The notes under the pieces were generated by a model that made no database searches, was not told the origin of the DNA, and saw only the letters and a program-made list of their open reading frames with translations. A program made the translations under genes and the position numbers. Positions 14,655 through 28,549 of a stretch of DNA of 64,000 nucleotides are shown here, one piece after another (the first letter of the stretch is position 1; every line of letters begins with the position of its first letter). The DNA comes from Octopus vulgaris (taxonomy: Eukaryota): positions 62,434,001 through 62,498,000 of the forward strand of contig OX597830.1 of NCBI GenBank assembly GCA_951406725.2, given 5' to 3'.

Positions 14655-14905
14655 ATCTTCCAAGTACTTCTCTGAATTGAGAGATCGCAGCTCCGATGCT
14701 ACCGACCTCTGCTCAGAATGTCTCAGGAAAGACTTACTGGACAGGTTTTACAGGTAAAACCAACCAGCAGGAGACCCAGAGGTAAATCCCAAGAAAGATC
14801 ATTGGATAACATCCATGAGCTCGGTTAGTCGTGCCTGGGAATCCAGCCAGATCAATTGGAAATGATTGCTCCAGGCAGGACTTGATGGAAGTCCATACTT
14901 GACAA
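14655..14905 (+). mobile_element. RTE-clade LINE 3' ORF relic
   Basis: Translates LL*IERSQLRCYRPLLRMSQERLTGQVLQVKPTSRRPRGKSQERSLDNIHELG*SCLGIQP, matching the RTE C-terminus IERSQLRW.GH..RM...R...P.GRRPRGRP..RW, with stops. Confidence 0.75.
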
Positions 14906-15140
14906 ATAATTAATGATTTCAAATTTTGGCACAAGGCCTGCAATTTTAAAGGAGGGGATCAGTCAATTACATTGACCCCATTGCTCGTCATCTACTACTT
15001 ATTTTATCAACCCCAAATGATTAAAAAACAAAGTTGTCCTTGATAGAATTTGAACTCAGATTCTAAACACAGACAAAATGTCACAAAGCATCTTGCCCAT
15101 CTTGTTAACAACTCTGCCAGCTCACCACCTTCACAAGAAA

Positions 15141-15772
15141 TACCGTATTTTAACCCCAGTTTAGTTGGTGCTTTTTACGTGCCACCAGCATAGAACCCCC
15201 TAAATTTGGGGCTTAAAATTTGGAAAACGTCTTGACTGCTGCCCGTACAACACTTTATTTTCCTTCTGCTGACTTTCATCTATGTTTGTTGCCACAAGGC
15301 TTCCACTTCACACGCCAGCTTAACCTAATTTGTCCTTTTGGTCGAAAGACACCTGCTGTTGTTCTTGTTGTTTGTATTTGGAATCGTGTAACATTTTCTC
15401 CGTTTTTTTCATTTTTTTTGTCTGTGTAGTCACACATATTCACTCACTTTCTTCCTAAAATTTAATGCCCTTACCTGAGATTTTGGGAGACTACCAATTT
15501 TGATCAGTCTTGAGTGTAACAGGCCAAAACTGTAGTGATAATTGGAAACTTGACTGATGAATAGAAAGCCACAATTGTTCCATCCTGATTTTTCTGTCCG
15601 TCTTTGTATTGTCCATCTGTCCGTATGTTTTCATTGTCGCCCGTTACATTCTTGTTCCATTTTTTGGATTGATATATTTTATAATACTATCCATGTATAA
15701 GAAACTCCCATATATTTTCAACCTAATTTTTGAAAAAAAGAAAGGGTTACTTATACACGTTAAAATGTGGTA
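15141..15772. mobile_element. pogo/Tc2-type MITE interrupted by a ~530 bp nested repeat
   Basis: Termini ta-ccgtattttaac and gttaaaatgtgg-ta; subterminal tgtataag/cttataca; ends ~130 bp before exon A. Confidence 0.5.
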
Positions 15773-15899
15773 ATTAATAACACAATAAATTTTATCGATT
15801 CAGCATTTACTTCTATAAAAATTTAATATTACCAAAAATTAATGGATAATTTAATTCTTCACTCTATTTATGTTCGTAATTTTTTCATATTTTTTGCAG

Positions 15900-15989
15900 G
15901 CGCTCATATTCCGTGATGGCAACTTGGTTTGTGGCTCTCTTGAAGCTCTTGTACAACATCTTCTGCCCACAAGAGACTACTACCCAGAT
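15900..15989 (+). CDS. RASGEF1B: RASGEF1-family GEF, exon A (first exon identified; REM domain start): ALIFRDGNLVCGSLEALVQHLLPTRDYYPD
   Basis: Acceptor tttttgcag, donor gtaagt, 90 nt, phase 0/0. Matches the RASGEF1 motif GSLEALIQHLVP.VDYYPD. Confidence 0.93.
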
Positions 15990-16867
15990 GTAAGTCATCA
16001 ACTCATTTTATTTTCTTTGTTTTTGGTTCACATTTGAGGGAATATATCCATTCTAATGTTGGCCTACTCCTTTGGACTAGAGTGGTGTGTGTGTGTGTTG
16101 TTTTAAACGTATCAAAAAAAAGTTTCTGTGGCTGTGTGGTAAGAAGTTTGCTTCCCAACCACATGGTTTCAGGTTCAGTCCTGCTGCATGGCATCTTGGG
16201 CAAGTGTCTTTTACTATAGCCTCGGACCAACCAAAGCCATGTGAGTTGATTTGGTAGACGGAAACTGAAAGAAGCCTGTTGTATACATGTGTGTTTGTGT
16301 GTGTCTTTATGTCTGTGTTTACATCCCTGTGACTTAGTAGTTCAGCAAAAGACACCAAAAGAATATATGCCATGCTTTAAAAAAAAAAGTACTACAGTTG
16401 ATTCATTTAGCTAAAAAATTTTCAAAGCAGTGCCCCAGCATGGCCACAGTCTAATGACTGAATCGAGTGTAAGATAACTGGTAAAAGAAAATAGTCACAA
16501 TATTTGAAGAAAGGTTTTCTATAATTACAAATTATTTAATTACATAAAAAATATCTTACAATAACAGAATGACGCAAACCTTTTGTAAAGATTTTTTCAA
16601 GTGTGTGTGTGTGTGAATATATTTATACACACACACACACATAATCGTGTGTCTACACAGGCATAATTGAAACCTGTCCTATATATGACACCGTGGATGG
16701 AGGTTGGACCAGATATTAAACTCTACTATGATGTTTGTAATAAACACACACATATAAAAATATAGCCACACTGAGCCTAGCAGCTGTATAAACATCTGCA
16801 GCATCCCCGTCCCGTGTCTTGTAACGAACAACATAAGTGAAAATAAAGAAACCCTATGATATATATC

Positions 16868-16899
<32 letters not shown>

Positions 16900-17869
16900 A
16901 TCATATATGTATATATACCTACATATGTATATGTGTGTGTATGTTTGTATGTATGTATGTATATATACATGTGTGTGTGTGTGTGTGTGTGTATGTATAC
17001 ATGTACATACACATATATATATATTGTATATATATGTATGTATATGTATATATATGTATGTATATGTATATATATATATTGTATATATATATACATACAT
17101 ATATGTGTATATATATATACATACATATATGTGTATATATATGCACATACATATATATATGTGTATATATATGCATATACATACACGCACACACACACAT
17201 ACGTGTGTGTGAGTGTCATAAGCTGCAACTTGTTGCTACAATGTTATGTAGCTGTGTGTGCATATTGGTGCATGCAATTATTGCAGATTGTCTGTTGCAT
17301 CGCAGTGCACTGCCAGTCGCTGTTTGTGCGTGTTACACCACACTGCACCACTCACAGTTTGCAATGTGTGTTACATGACAATGTGCCACCTGTCAACACA
17401 GTGCGACACCAATCAATGTATCTGTGACGCTACTACGACACCCCATTCTCTCTCTCCTCTCTCTCTCTCCTCTCTCTCTCTCTCCTCTCTCTCTCCTCTC
17501 TCTCTCTCCTCTCTCTCCTCTCTCCCCCCTCTCTCCCTCTCTCTCTCTCCTCTCTCTCTCTCTCACACTGTTTGTGTTACCAGTTACAAATTAGGTGAAA
17601 ATATTCTTTTCTACTCTAGGCACAAGGTCTGAAATTTTGCAGGGAGGGGGCCAATTGATTAGATTGACTCTAGTATGCAACTGGTACTTAGTTTATCGAC
17701 CCCAAAATGATGAAAAGCAAAGTCAACCTCAGTGGAATTTGAACTCAGAATGTGAAGACGGACGAGATGCAGCTAAGCATTCTGCCAACTCCACCGCCTT
17801 CCAATATGAAAGGCAAAACTGACTTCGGCAGAATTTGAACTCAGAATGTAAACAGATGAAATGCTGAAA

Positions 17870-18300
17870 TCATCATCATCATCGTTTAGCGTCCGCTTTC
17901 CATGCTGGCATGGGTTGGACGGTTCAACTGGGGTCTGGGAAGCCAGAAGGCTGCACCAGGCCCAGTCTGATCTGGCAATGTTTCTACGGCTGGATGCCCT
18001 TCCTAACGCCAACCACTCCGTGAGTGTAGTGGGTGCTTTTTACGTGCCACCGGCACGGGTGCCAGACGAGGCTGACAAATGGCCACGATCAGATGGTGCT
18101 TTTTACGTGCCACCGGCACGGAGACCAGACGAGGCTGGCAACGGCTACGATTGGATGGTGCTTTTCACGTGCCACCAGCGTGGAGGCCAGTCAGGGCGGC
18201 GCTGGCTATGGCCACATTCGGATGGTTCTCTTACGTGCCACCGGCACTGGCATCACAGCTAGAAATTCCATTGATGTTGATCAATTACGATTTTGATTTT
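17870..18300 (-). mobile_element. Family C retroposon with internal ~60 bp tandem repeats (gtgctttttacgtgccaccggcacg x4)
   Basis: (CAT)n at the left end; repeated units are visible; CpG-rich. Confidence 0.8.
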
Positions 18301-18318
18301 CACTTGCCTCAACAGGTG

Positions 18319-18400
18319 AAGTATAAACGATAATGACCAATGATCAAAGTATAAACGATAATGACCAATGATCAAAGTATAAACGATAATGACCAATGAT
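18319..18400. repeat. 28-bp minisatellite x~3 (aagtataaacgataatgaccaatgatca)
   Basis: Perfect direct repeats with no spacers. Confidence 0.95.
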
Positions 18401-18483
18401 AATCCAAATAACTTCAGAAAGATTTAAAATAAAATGGGAGAAAAAAAGAAAAGCAAACAAATTTATGTAAGAACCCAACAGAA

Positions 18484-18525
<42 letters not shown>

Positions 18526-19044
18526 ATGCGTGTGTGCTACATGCATATGTTTATCAATGGTTCTATCATCATTATATTTTGTATATTACATTGTTTTGTT
18601 TTTATTAATAGTGGGCAACAAATTATGGATATTAATGTGTGAATTTGTTTTCTAAATATATACAATGTTTGAGGTGTGTCTTTCTCCATAGAGGTGTGTA
18701 TGTTTGGATGGTGGTGGTGGTGGTGAGGGCTGGTGGTTACATACATTTGTGCTTATAGAAATAAATATGCCTTATAGCTTTGTGTATATATATGTGTGCA
18801 TGTTTTTTTCTGGGGGTTGGCGGGACGGGTTTTAGATATGTTGATATTTATAGACGCAGTTATGACTAGCTTTTAGTGTGTCTGTGTGTGTGGGTTTGTT
18901 TTCATTAGTGTGTATTGTGTAGTATGTGTGTCGGCCTACACAAAGGTATATAGAAGTATATAGGCCTATTGATTCCTGGGTATAGTGAGGCATAGATGTA
19001 GAGAGAATTATTGATTTCTATAGCGAGATATATGTATGCGTGTG

Positions 19045-19119
<75 letters not shown>

Positions 19120-19123
<4 letters not shown>

Positions 19124-19300
19124 TTCCTCCGTCTTCCCTTCTCTGGATCTTTCCTTTTCCTATGTTTCTGACAAAGAGCTTCGCTCAAAACGTTAAACCC
19201 TCCTTCTTCCCTTCCTTCCTGAGCGTCCAATAATACTATATTTGTTCCACGTCCTCGTGTTGTGTTTTCTCTTTGTGTTTTCATGTTTGGATTAACTTTA
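19120..19300 (+). mobile_element. Penelope-like pLTR relic in (TA)n with decayed hammerhead motif
   Basis: gttt-ctgacaa-a-gagc-ttc-gctc-aaaa-cgtt-aaac at 19164-19198. Confidence 0.55.
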
Positions 19301-19545
19301 TATATATATATATATACATATATGTATGTATGTATTTGTGTATCTGTGTTTGTCCCTGCCACCATCGCTGGACAACTGATATTGGTGTGTTTACGTCTCC
19401 ATAACTTAGCAGTTTGGCAAAAGAAACCGATTGAATGAGTACTAGGCTTACAAAGCATAAGCGCTGGGGTCGAAAGCAGTGCTCCAGCATGGCCCAGACT
19501 GAAACAAGGAAAAGAATAAAAGAATATATATATGTGTGTATGTGC

Positions 19546-19583
<38 letters not shown>

Positions 19584-19588
19584 ATATA

Positions 19589-19619
<31 letters not shown>

Positions 19620-20159
19620 GCACACACATATATATATATATACATATATATATACACATATATATACACTGTCGGCTTGCCTGCGTGTCTGCATGCCTGT
19701 CTGTCGCTCTGTCTGTTTGTCTGGCATATATATATATATATATATATATGCACATACATGCATACACATATATGTATGCATGTATAAGTGCAGAGAGAAA
19801 GGGAAAAAGAGAAGTAAAACACACACATGCAAGCAAATAAATACACACACACACACACACACACACAAATGAGTCCAGAGTTTATCTGTGTTGTGCGTGT
19901 TTTTCCATATTAAAGGAGTGACATGCTGGTTTATTAAATAGTCATTAGTCATTACTCATTAACCAGCTATATTTCAACCCGAGTGACACAGCAATCCTGA
20001 TTAAATATATTGATTACATACAATTACTGTACAACACCAGAAGCAGCATGGGCTGCAGTAGCAGCAGCAGCAATATCTGCTGGTCCCTACAGGTCCTGTG
20101 ATATCCAGCCCCTAACCCCACTGCTTTACTTATTTGTCAATCCATTTAGTATATGTTGC

Positions 20160-20580
20160 CTTAATCCCTTCTCTCCCTCCCTCTCTCACTGTTTCTTTGT
20201 ATCTCTCTCTCTCTCTTTCCCTGTGTTTCTCCTTTTCTAACTTGCTCCCTCTCTGCCTTTCTCCCTCTCCCTCGCTCACGTGCCCCCTCTCTGCCTTTCT
20301 ACCTCTCCCTCTCTCTGCTTCTCTCACTCTTCCTTGCCTTCTCTTTGCCTCTCCCATTCTCTCACCGTCTTTCACACTCTCTCTCATTCTATCTCTCTTT
20401 TCTCTCTCTCCCCTCTCTTTCCCTTCCCCCCTCTCTCTTTCTCTGACCCTTTCTCTCTTTCTCTCCCCCCTCTCTCTCTCTGTCCTTTCCTCTATGTCCT
20501 CTCTGTCTTGCTTTCTCACCCCCTCTCTCTTCAGTCTCCCCCACTCTCCCTTCTCTCTTTCTCTCCCCTTCTATCTCTCA

Positions 20581-20616
<36 letters not shown>

Positions 20617-20965
20617 TTCTCTACCCTTCTCTCTATCCCTTTCTCTGTCCTCTCCCCTATGTCCTCTCTGTCTTGCTTGCTCACCTCCTCTCTCTTCTGT
20701 CTCCCCCCACTCCGTTTCTCTCACCCTTCTCTCTCTCTCTTTCTTTCTTTCCCTCTCTCTTTCTTTCTTTCTCTCTCTCTTTCTTTCTTTCTTCCCCCCG
20801 TCCTCTCTCTCTCACCCTTCTCTCTCTCTCTTTCTTTCTTTCCCTCTCTCTTTCTTTCTTTCTCTCTCTCTTCCCCCCTCCTCTCTCTCTCTCTCTCCCT
20901 CTCTCTCTCTCTTTTTCTTTCCCTCTCTCTCTCTCTTTCTTTCCCTCTCTCTCTCTCTCTCTCTG
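20160..20965. repeat. ~800 bp CT-rich polypyrimidine tract
   Basis: Read directly; similar tracts at 17447-17565, 24815-25260, 52600-53000. Confidence 0.9.
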
Positions 20966-21287
20966 TCCGACCAACTCTGACACATGAAACAGAATGATGG
21001 ACAGATATAACACAGATTATATATTAATAATATAGCAGAAAGACTTGTTCTTGTTCTTGTTATCGGTGGTGGTGGCGTAGGACAAGAAGAAGGTGGAGGA
21101 GGAGAAGGAAGAGGAACAAGAACAAAGCCACTCTTATCAATCTACTCGTTAGTTCTGATTATCTTATTGAAATAACCAACATATTTTACTTTTGCTTTCT
21201 TTTGTTTTCATTTTTTGTTTTTATCTATATATATTGGTAGACAATTCCTTCATTACTAAAAACTAACCGTTTTCTTGTGAAGCGTGT

Positions 21288-21325
<38 letters not shown>

Positions 21326-21370
21326 GCATGCACTTAATATGTACATGTGTGTTTGCATATATATGTGTGT

Positions 21371-21409
<39 letters not shown>

Positions 21410-21668
21410 GTCCAACCCATGCTAGCATGGAAAGCGGACGTTAAATGATGATGATGATATATATATATATATATATATACATATCCACACATACACCTAG
21501 AATTGCCTGACTACATGTGTGTTTGTTTGTGTGTGTATATATATATATATATTTGTGTGTAATATATATGTGTGTATGTATGTATGTATGTATGTATATA
21601 GAGAGAGAGATGTATGTGTAAGTATATATATACATGTTTCTTTATAGATATATGTACATATAGATATG

Positions 21669-21714
<46 letters not shown>

Positions 21715-22363
21715 TGTGTATATGTACACACACACACACACACACATCTATATATATGTATAATACGCACACAGATAGACTTCAGTCTTTCAACCCAAAC
21801 ACTATGGTTAAAAGCGCCGCCGCCGCCAGTGGCAACTGACATTACTTGTACAAAGATTGCAATCAACTGAAGACTAAAAGACTACTTCTTCACCATTATT
21901 ACAAAAGAGAAGGAAGAGAAGATGGCACACGTCGTGCTTTGTAAGCAATGGCTTAGCAAGTGTGTTTACATAATGTATTCTTGATGTATAACCAAAGCAA
22001 GTTGTTAAACAATGATTACTGTGTTTAACAAATTAGCTGCTGTCTTCTTCATAGACACATAGGTTCATTGTATGATTATAAAGACCTATATACCTCGTTA
22101 GTGGATCACCCTGTTTTGTTCCTGTTGTTCGGTGTTGACCGAGAATGTTGCTTCTCTGTCTATGTGTGTGTCTGTGTAGGAAGATGATTTGCTCAATGTC
22201 TCTCTCTCTCTCTCTCTTTATGCATGTGTGTGTGTGTGTCTGTGTGTACATAACTCATATACACACATGCATGCATACATATACACATATACATATATAT
22301 ATATATGTATATATATTTACACACACATATACAGAGAAATTTATATCTATATCTATTTATCTA

Positions 22364-22419
<56 letters not shown>

Positions 22420-23189
22420 TAAAGACACACATATGCATATGTATGCATATATTTGTGTGTGTGTGTGGAGTGTGTGTGTGTGGAGGGGCAGGCAAACAGA
22501 TGGACAGTCTTCTGATTGTCTTTCAATATTCATAAGAATTCAAAGAATTCTACAGAACTGGACATAAACGGAATGTTTGTGTGTTTGTATCTTCTTTGAA
22601 AGCCTTCTTTCATAACGTACGCTGACATCTTGTATCTCTAGCTGTATGTTTACATATTTAGTGCTCAGTTGATATATTTAGCTCTTTTGAGGACGTTGAG
22701 CTCGCAGAACTGTTTGCATGCCAGGTAACAATACTTACCAGTATTTCATCCATCGCTATGTTCTGAGTTCAAATTCTGCCATGGTAAACTTTGCCTTTCA
22801 TCCTTTCAGGGTCTATAGAATAAGTAATCAGCTAAAAAGTGGGGTTGATGCCATCGACTTATCCCCTTCCTGAACTTGTTGATCTTTTCCCAAAATTTGA
22901 AACTGATGAAGTGCCTTCCCAAGTTGTACAGACTCATAAGGGCCGGTTTCCCGGTTTAATAATCCCCACCTGGATGGGATGCCAGTCCATCACAGATTTA
23001 CTCCTTTTTGCTAGCTGAGTGGGTTAAAGCAATGTGAAATGAAGTGTTTTGCTCAAGAACATACCGCATTGCCCGGTCCAGGAATCGAAACCACAATCTT
23101 ATGATCATGAGTCCAACACCCTAACCACTAAGCCATGTTTCTCCATATGTTAGTATGCTCAGTGCAAAAATTAAAATAAAAGTGAATTA

Positions 23190-23351
23190 AGCGAAGGAGT
23201 GGCTGTGTGGTAAGTAGCTTGCTTACCAACCGCATGGTTATGGGTTCAGTCCCACTGCATGGCATCTTGGGCAAGTGTCTTCTACTATAGCCTCGGGCCA
23301 ACCAAAGCATTGTGAGTGGATTTGGTAGACCAAAACTGAAAGAAGCCCATC

Positions 23352-23400
<49 letters not shown>

Positions 23401-23643
23401 TGTGTGTGTGTGTGTGTGTTTGTTTATATGTTTGTGTGTCTATGTTTGTCCCCCCAACAACACTTGACAACCGATGGTGGTGTGTTTACGTCCCTGTAAC
23501 TTAGCGGTTCAGCAAAAGAGACCGATAGAATAAGTACTAGGCTTACAAAGAATAAGTCCTGGGGGTCGATTTGCTCGACTAAAGGCAGTGCTCTAGCATG
23601 GCCACAGTCAAATCACTGAAACATGTAAAAGAGTAAAAGAGTA
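23190..23643 (+). mobile_element. Full-length SINE-A
   Basis: Complete head, internal (TG)n and tail; further copies at 16127-16475, 31090-31720, 45800-46170. Confidence 0.88.
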
Positions 23644-25832
23644 GTTGCCTCCTTTTATGGGTCTAGCCACTGAGATCTCATAAGAATCTCTCAAAATCTC
23701 ACAAAGCCAGTGTTTAGCTCAACATTCAGCAACATTTAAGTATGGCAGCCATTTGCACAAGATTTGGTGCCTAATATTCATGGCTACAACAAGTGAGGCA
23801 CAACGAAAATATCTTGGATTGATTGATGATAACATTCCTGCAATATTTCTTTCTATATTTGGGCAGGACATATGTGATTGATGAGATTTTAGTTCAATAT
23901 TTAATCCACTTGACTGATTTTTCCCTCCATTCTTACACACACACACACATCCTCAATATGACAATATTGCGTGAGTGTATATACATGTACATATTCATAC
24001 TCACACATACGCATTCACAATATTTCAATTGTGTATGTGTATGTACACATACGCACACATTCATATACACATCCATAACATTGCAATATTTGTGTGTATG
24101 TGTGTGTGTGTAGATGCATAGGCATACATTTGCATATCCTTCCACATGAATTTGCATACATGCATACACTCACGTTCACACAGAGACAAATACACACAGA
24201 CATATACACATACACATGTACATATGTGGCCATACTACATCCATATTCACATACAAAAATAGACATATACATATAAATACATGCATATACACACATACAT
24301 TTTCATCTGCACACACACACACACCTTCTTACGATATTGTTCATCTCCACATGTATTTAATGTTGGTGCATTGTGGTTGAATGGCTAAGATGGTTGTTTC
24401 ACAATCATGAGGCCATGGGTTCAATCCTCAGGCCTGGCTTCTTTAGTATGTTCCTTTTTCCATAGCCTCAGACCCAAGTAAGCCTTCTGACAGACACCGA
24501 GTAGACGGAAATGGTAAGGAAGCCCATAAGATGGATTAAAACATCTCAGCTTCATCACATGCTGTGTCACATGACTGAAAGAGCAGAACGTTTGGTTGAT
24601 CGAACTAAATGATCATCTTAGAAACTGACTGAGATCCATTTCCATTGCAAACGATATCTTTACATTGTCATAAAGCTACACTTTATACAAAAGAAATGTG
24701 AGACGTATTACTGTTGATGTATGAAGGACCCCAAGATGCCACTGGTATTATTTTTATCAACCCCTATAATTAAGTCAGAACTTGTGTATTGAGTGGGGGT
24801 GGCACGGAGGTTTAACTCTCTCTCTCTCTCTCTCTCCTTTCTCCCTTTCTATCTATCTTCCTCTGCCCCACTCTCCCACTCCCTGTCTTTCATTGTTCCT
24901 CTCACTCTCTTCCTCTCCACTCCCTCTCCTTTTTCGTTCTCTCTCTTTCTCTATGTCTCTATCTCCACCCCCTCCTTTTTTCTTTTTCTCTCCCTCCACC
25001 CCATTATCATCTTCTCATCTTCCTCTTTTCTCCCCTTCCCATCTCTCTCTCTCTCTCCCCACTACCTCACCCTTCAAATAATCTACCCTCTCTCCCTTCC
25101 TCTTTCATTGCTCATCCTATCACCTTCTCTCCGTCCCTGCCTCCCCCTCTTCCTTCACTTTTTCCTTCCCCACTTCTTCCTCCTCATCCTGCCTCTCCAT
25201 ATTTCATTATCCCCTCTTTACCCTTCCCCCCACCCCAACACACTCTCCTCCTTCCTCTCCGTAATTCAATGACTAAACTGTTGTGATTTCAGGATAAAAA
25301 ACATCTCCAATATTTTCCAAATACTCCCTCCCTCCCTCCTCCCATTCCATTCCATCAGTTTCCGGATTTTTTATCGATATTTTTTCATTTTTTTTCCTTC
25401 TTTCTTTTCATTCATTTCTTTTATTTATTCTTTCCCTCTTTTCTTTCTTTTCTCCTTTCATCCTTATCCATCATCATTTCACATCTGTTTTCCATGCTGG
25501 CATGGGTTAGATGGCTTGATACAAACTGGGAAAACTAGAAGCCATACCAGGTTCCATAATCTGATTTGGCAAGGTGTCTATGGCTGGATGCCCTTCCTAA
25601 TGCCAACCACTCCACAGTGTACTAGGTTCATTTTATGTGGTACTATCACAAGTGCTTTTTAAGTGACACCAGCACCATATTATTATTATTATTATTATTA
25701 CTAATACTTAGCTGCATTTCGTCCATCTTTACATTCTGTGTTCAAATTCCAGCAAGGTCAACTTTGCCTGTCATCCTTTTGGGGTCAGCTAATTAAGTAC
25801 CAGTGAAAGTTTCTGGTGTTGTGCCTCTAGTC

Positions 25833-26005
25833 ATCATCATCATCATCATCCAATGTTTTAAATCAGGGTTTTGTCCCATAAATGGTGGGGTAGCCAGATC
25901 TACCTCAGTGCCATAGCAACCACCCTCACACCATCTTGCCTGGTTTTGGACATCCTCCCTTCTCAAGCCAACCCTCCCAATCTCCTCTTCCACCTGTCCC
26001 CTCCA
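25833..26005 (-). mobile_element. RTE-clade LINE extreme 3' end with (GAT)n tail
   Basis: Minus strand reads WRGQVEEEIGRVGLRREDVQNQARWCEG, then a short UTR and gatgatgat. Confidence 0.65.
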
Positions 26006-28263
26006 TATATAATAGAAAGGATTATTGTTGTTGTTGTTATTATTGCTTGTTCCATGCTCACATGGGGCAGAAGGAATTTGTTGAGGCAGGTTTTCCACAG
26101 CTGGATGCCCTTCCTGTCACAAACCCTCACCTGTTTCCAAATAAGGTAATATTTCCCCAAAGCCAGGTAGGTTTCCATGACAGACTGGAAATGACTGACA
26201 CTGCTTATATGACAGTGATGCTCGTTTACTTTTATCGCACAATGTCAAAGCAAGGAGACAGTAACACACACATATGATGGGCTTCTTTTAGTTTCCATCC
26301 ACCAAATCCACTCACAAAGCTTTTGTCGGCCCAGGGTTTTAGTAAAAAAAACACTTGCCCAAGATGCCATGCTGTGGATTTGAACTTAAAACCATGTGGT
26401 TGGGAAGCAAACTTCTTACCACACAGCCATACCTGCCCCTTTATATCCTCTTTAAATCCTTTACTGAACTTTTGACCTCTTGTCACCTTAAGCAAAAAAG
26501 CAGGGTCTTTCTAACTAACCTCGGCTTAATTTCCTAAGACCTTGATCCTGTTTCAAATTGAGTTAATCCCTCTGACAGCCTGGATGAATGAGTTACATAT
26601 TTGACTCAACATTTTTTTAATCTCCCAGCTAAATTAGGGATTAAAACCTCCCAGCTAGATTAAGGATTTTAATTATTATTATATCCAAGGACTGATGTAA
26701 AGAGAAAAACAACAATTAGGGTTTTTTTCTTCTGATGTGTTGGATGAGAGGAACAGTTTACTTATGACTTCACTACAACCATCACCACCACCACCACAAC
26801 AACAACAACAACCACCACCACCAATACAACCACCACCAATACAACCACAACCAATACAACCAACACCACCACCACCATAGCCAATACCAACTCAACCACC
26901 ACTGCCATTCCACGAAGACAAACATCCCATTCAGATTATTTCTGTTAATTAATCAAAAAACAGTAATTAAGAGTTACCAAATTGATGAGGTCTCCTGCCT
27001 TTACTACTGGTAACTTAATACTATTGCTGCCCCTCTCCCACTCCTACTACTACTACCACCACCATCATTACTACTAGTACTACCACTACTACTACTACTA
27101 ATCCTGTCTTAGGTACATTATGCCTGGTGAAAATACAGGATGGTCATAGCTGGAATGTCATTGATCATAGATGTGCTCACTTGCATATGGCCTGGAGCAA
27201 AACTACAGCGGCAACTTGTGTGTGTGTGTGTCCCCGTGTCCATGTGTGTGTGTACATATACAGCTATTACTAAGGAGATAATCATTTTGTTATAAGGTAG
27301 GATAAGTAGTTTGAAATTAAGATTAAGGAATTATAGAGGAAAAAGATGCATAGAAATCATGTATTTAACTTTTTTTGTGTGTGAAGTTGTTAAAATTCCT
27401 CATCGTTGGTAATCATGCGTAGCACTATTTCATTCTTTTTTGAAATTGTCAGCATGATATAACCTGTGACTTGTTAATTAAACATTTTATAAAGAGAGGC
27501 ATTTCATTAAAGTTGGAAATGCTTACAATCTGTAGAAAAATCATGAACTAAAAGGGGTTTTCACAAAACAGACTATTCACCAAAAACCAATAACTTGATG
27601 GTTCAAAGCTAAAACTCGAAGACCAAGATATATATTTACCGACTTCACAGATTATTGACAAAACCATCATGTTACTCCAGCATGCTTCACTACAACACTT
27701 TATTAAAATTTTACAACTATTGATAGATGATAGATGGAGAAGAATGAGGTGTTATTGATCTGTTGGAAATATTGATTAATGATCAAAAATTGAATTTTAT
27801 GTCTGGTATAGTATTTTGTAATGGACCGTGTACCATTCCATCACTTAACTCTTTTGATTACATATATATAACTATTTAACTGGTTACAGACAACAGTCAC
27901 TGATTGGTTAAAATATGTGTCAAGGATAAACCTTGACATAAATTTTAACCAATCAGTGAATGCCAAGAGGGAAAAATCTAAGGGAAATCATCTAATCAAT
28001 TTATATTTCCACTAATCACAATCATTGAATTTCAACCAATCAAAGAACTTTGATAACACATATGTGTATGTAGTTGAGGCTACTGACGACCAATGAGAAT
28101 GGCTGTCTTTCACACATCTGTATGCTTTCCTCAGACCATTTGCCTTTGTAAAGACAAGTCTGGATTTCTTATTTCTCATTAGAATTTTGTTGTGGATCTG
28201 GCCAACCCTTGTTTGATAGTCCAGTGAGAAATATCAATTTTCTATCTCTCACACACACGTACA

Positions 28264-28549
28264 CAGTGGTGGAGTGGCCAGGTTGCCAGCTTGTCTGATG
28301 GCAAGTGAGCTCCTGCACCATTAAGATCCATATATGGGGACCTGTGTTAGTATCTAAGGGGCCCATCCCCTCAAGTTTGAGAATTTTTTATTCACTCCAC
28401 GAAGAATGCATTAATTATTTCAACCTGGTTGTGTTTGTAGACAGCTGAAAAGAATACTTTTAACAAAGAAAAAAAATGACAACATTGTAGTTGTGGGTGG
28501 GCCCCTTTAGTCTCCTGGCAACCAATTTTTTAGACCCAGTCCGCCACTG
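28264..28549. mobile_element. hAT-type MITE, 286 bp
   Basis: TIRs cagtggtggagtgg / ccagtccgccactg; 8-bp target duplication cacgtaca / catgtaca (one CpG-type change). Confidence 0.8.

Noticed and set aside
14718-14753. MSQERLTGQVLQ followed by cag|gtaaaa as the missing first coding exon
   Set aside because: It lies within an RTE LINE ORF relic; exonisation is possible but unsupported.
15545-15580. Hammerhead at ctgatgaatagaaa (also ctgaaga at 29909 and ctgatgag at 52061)
   Set aside because: I could not build stems II and III with a correctly placed GAAA and NUH.
17990-18400. CRISPR-like repeat array (also 59389-59477)
   Set aside because: Eukaryotic context, no cas genes, and the intervening sequences are homologous or absent.
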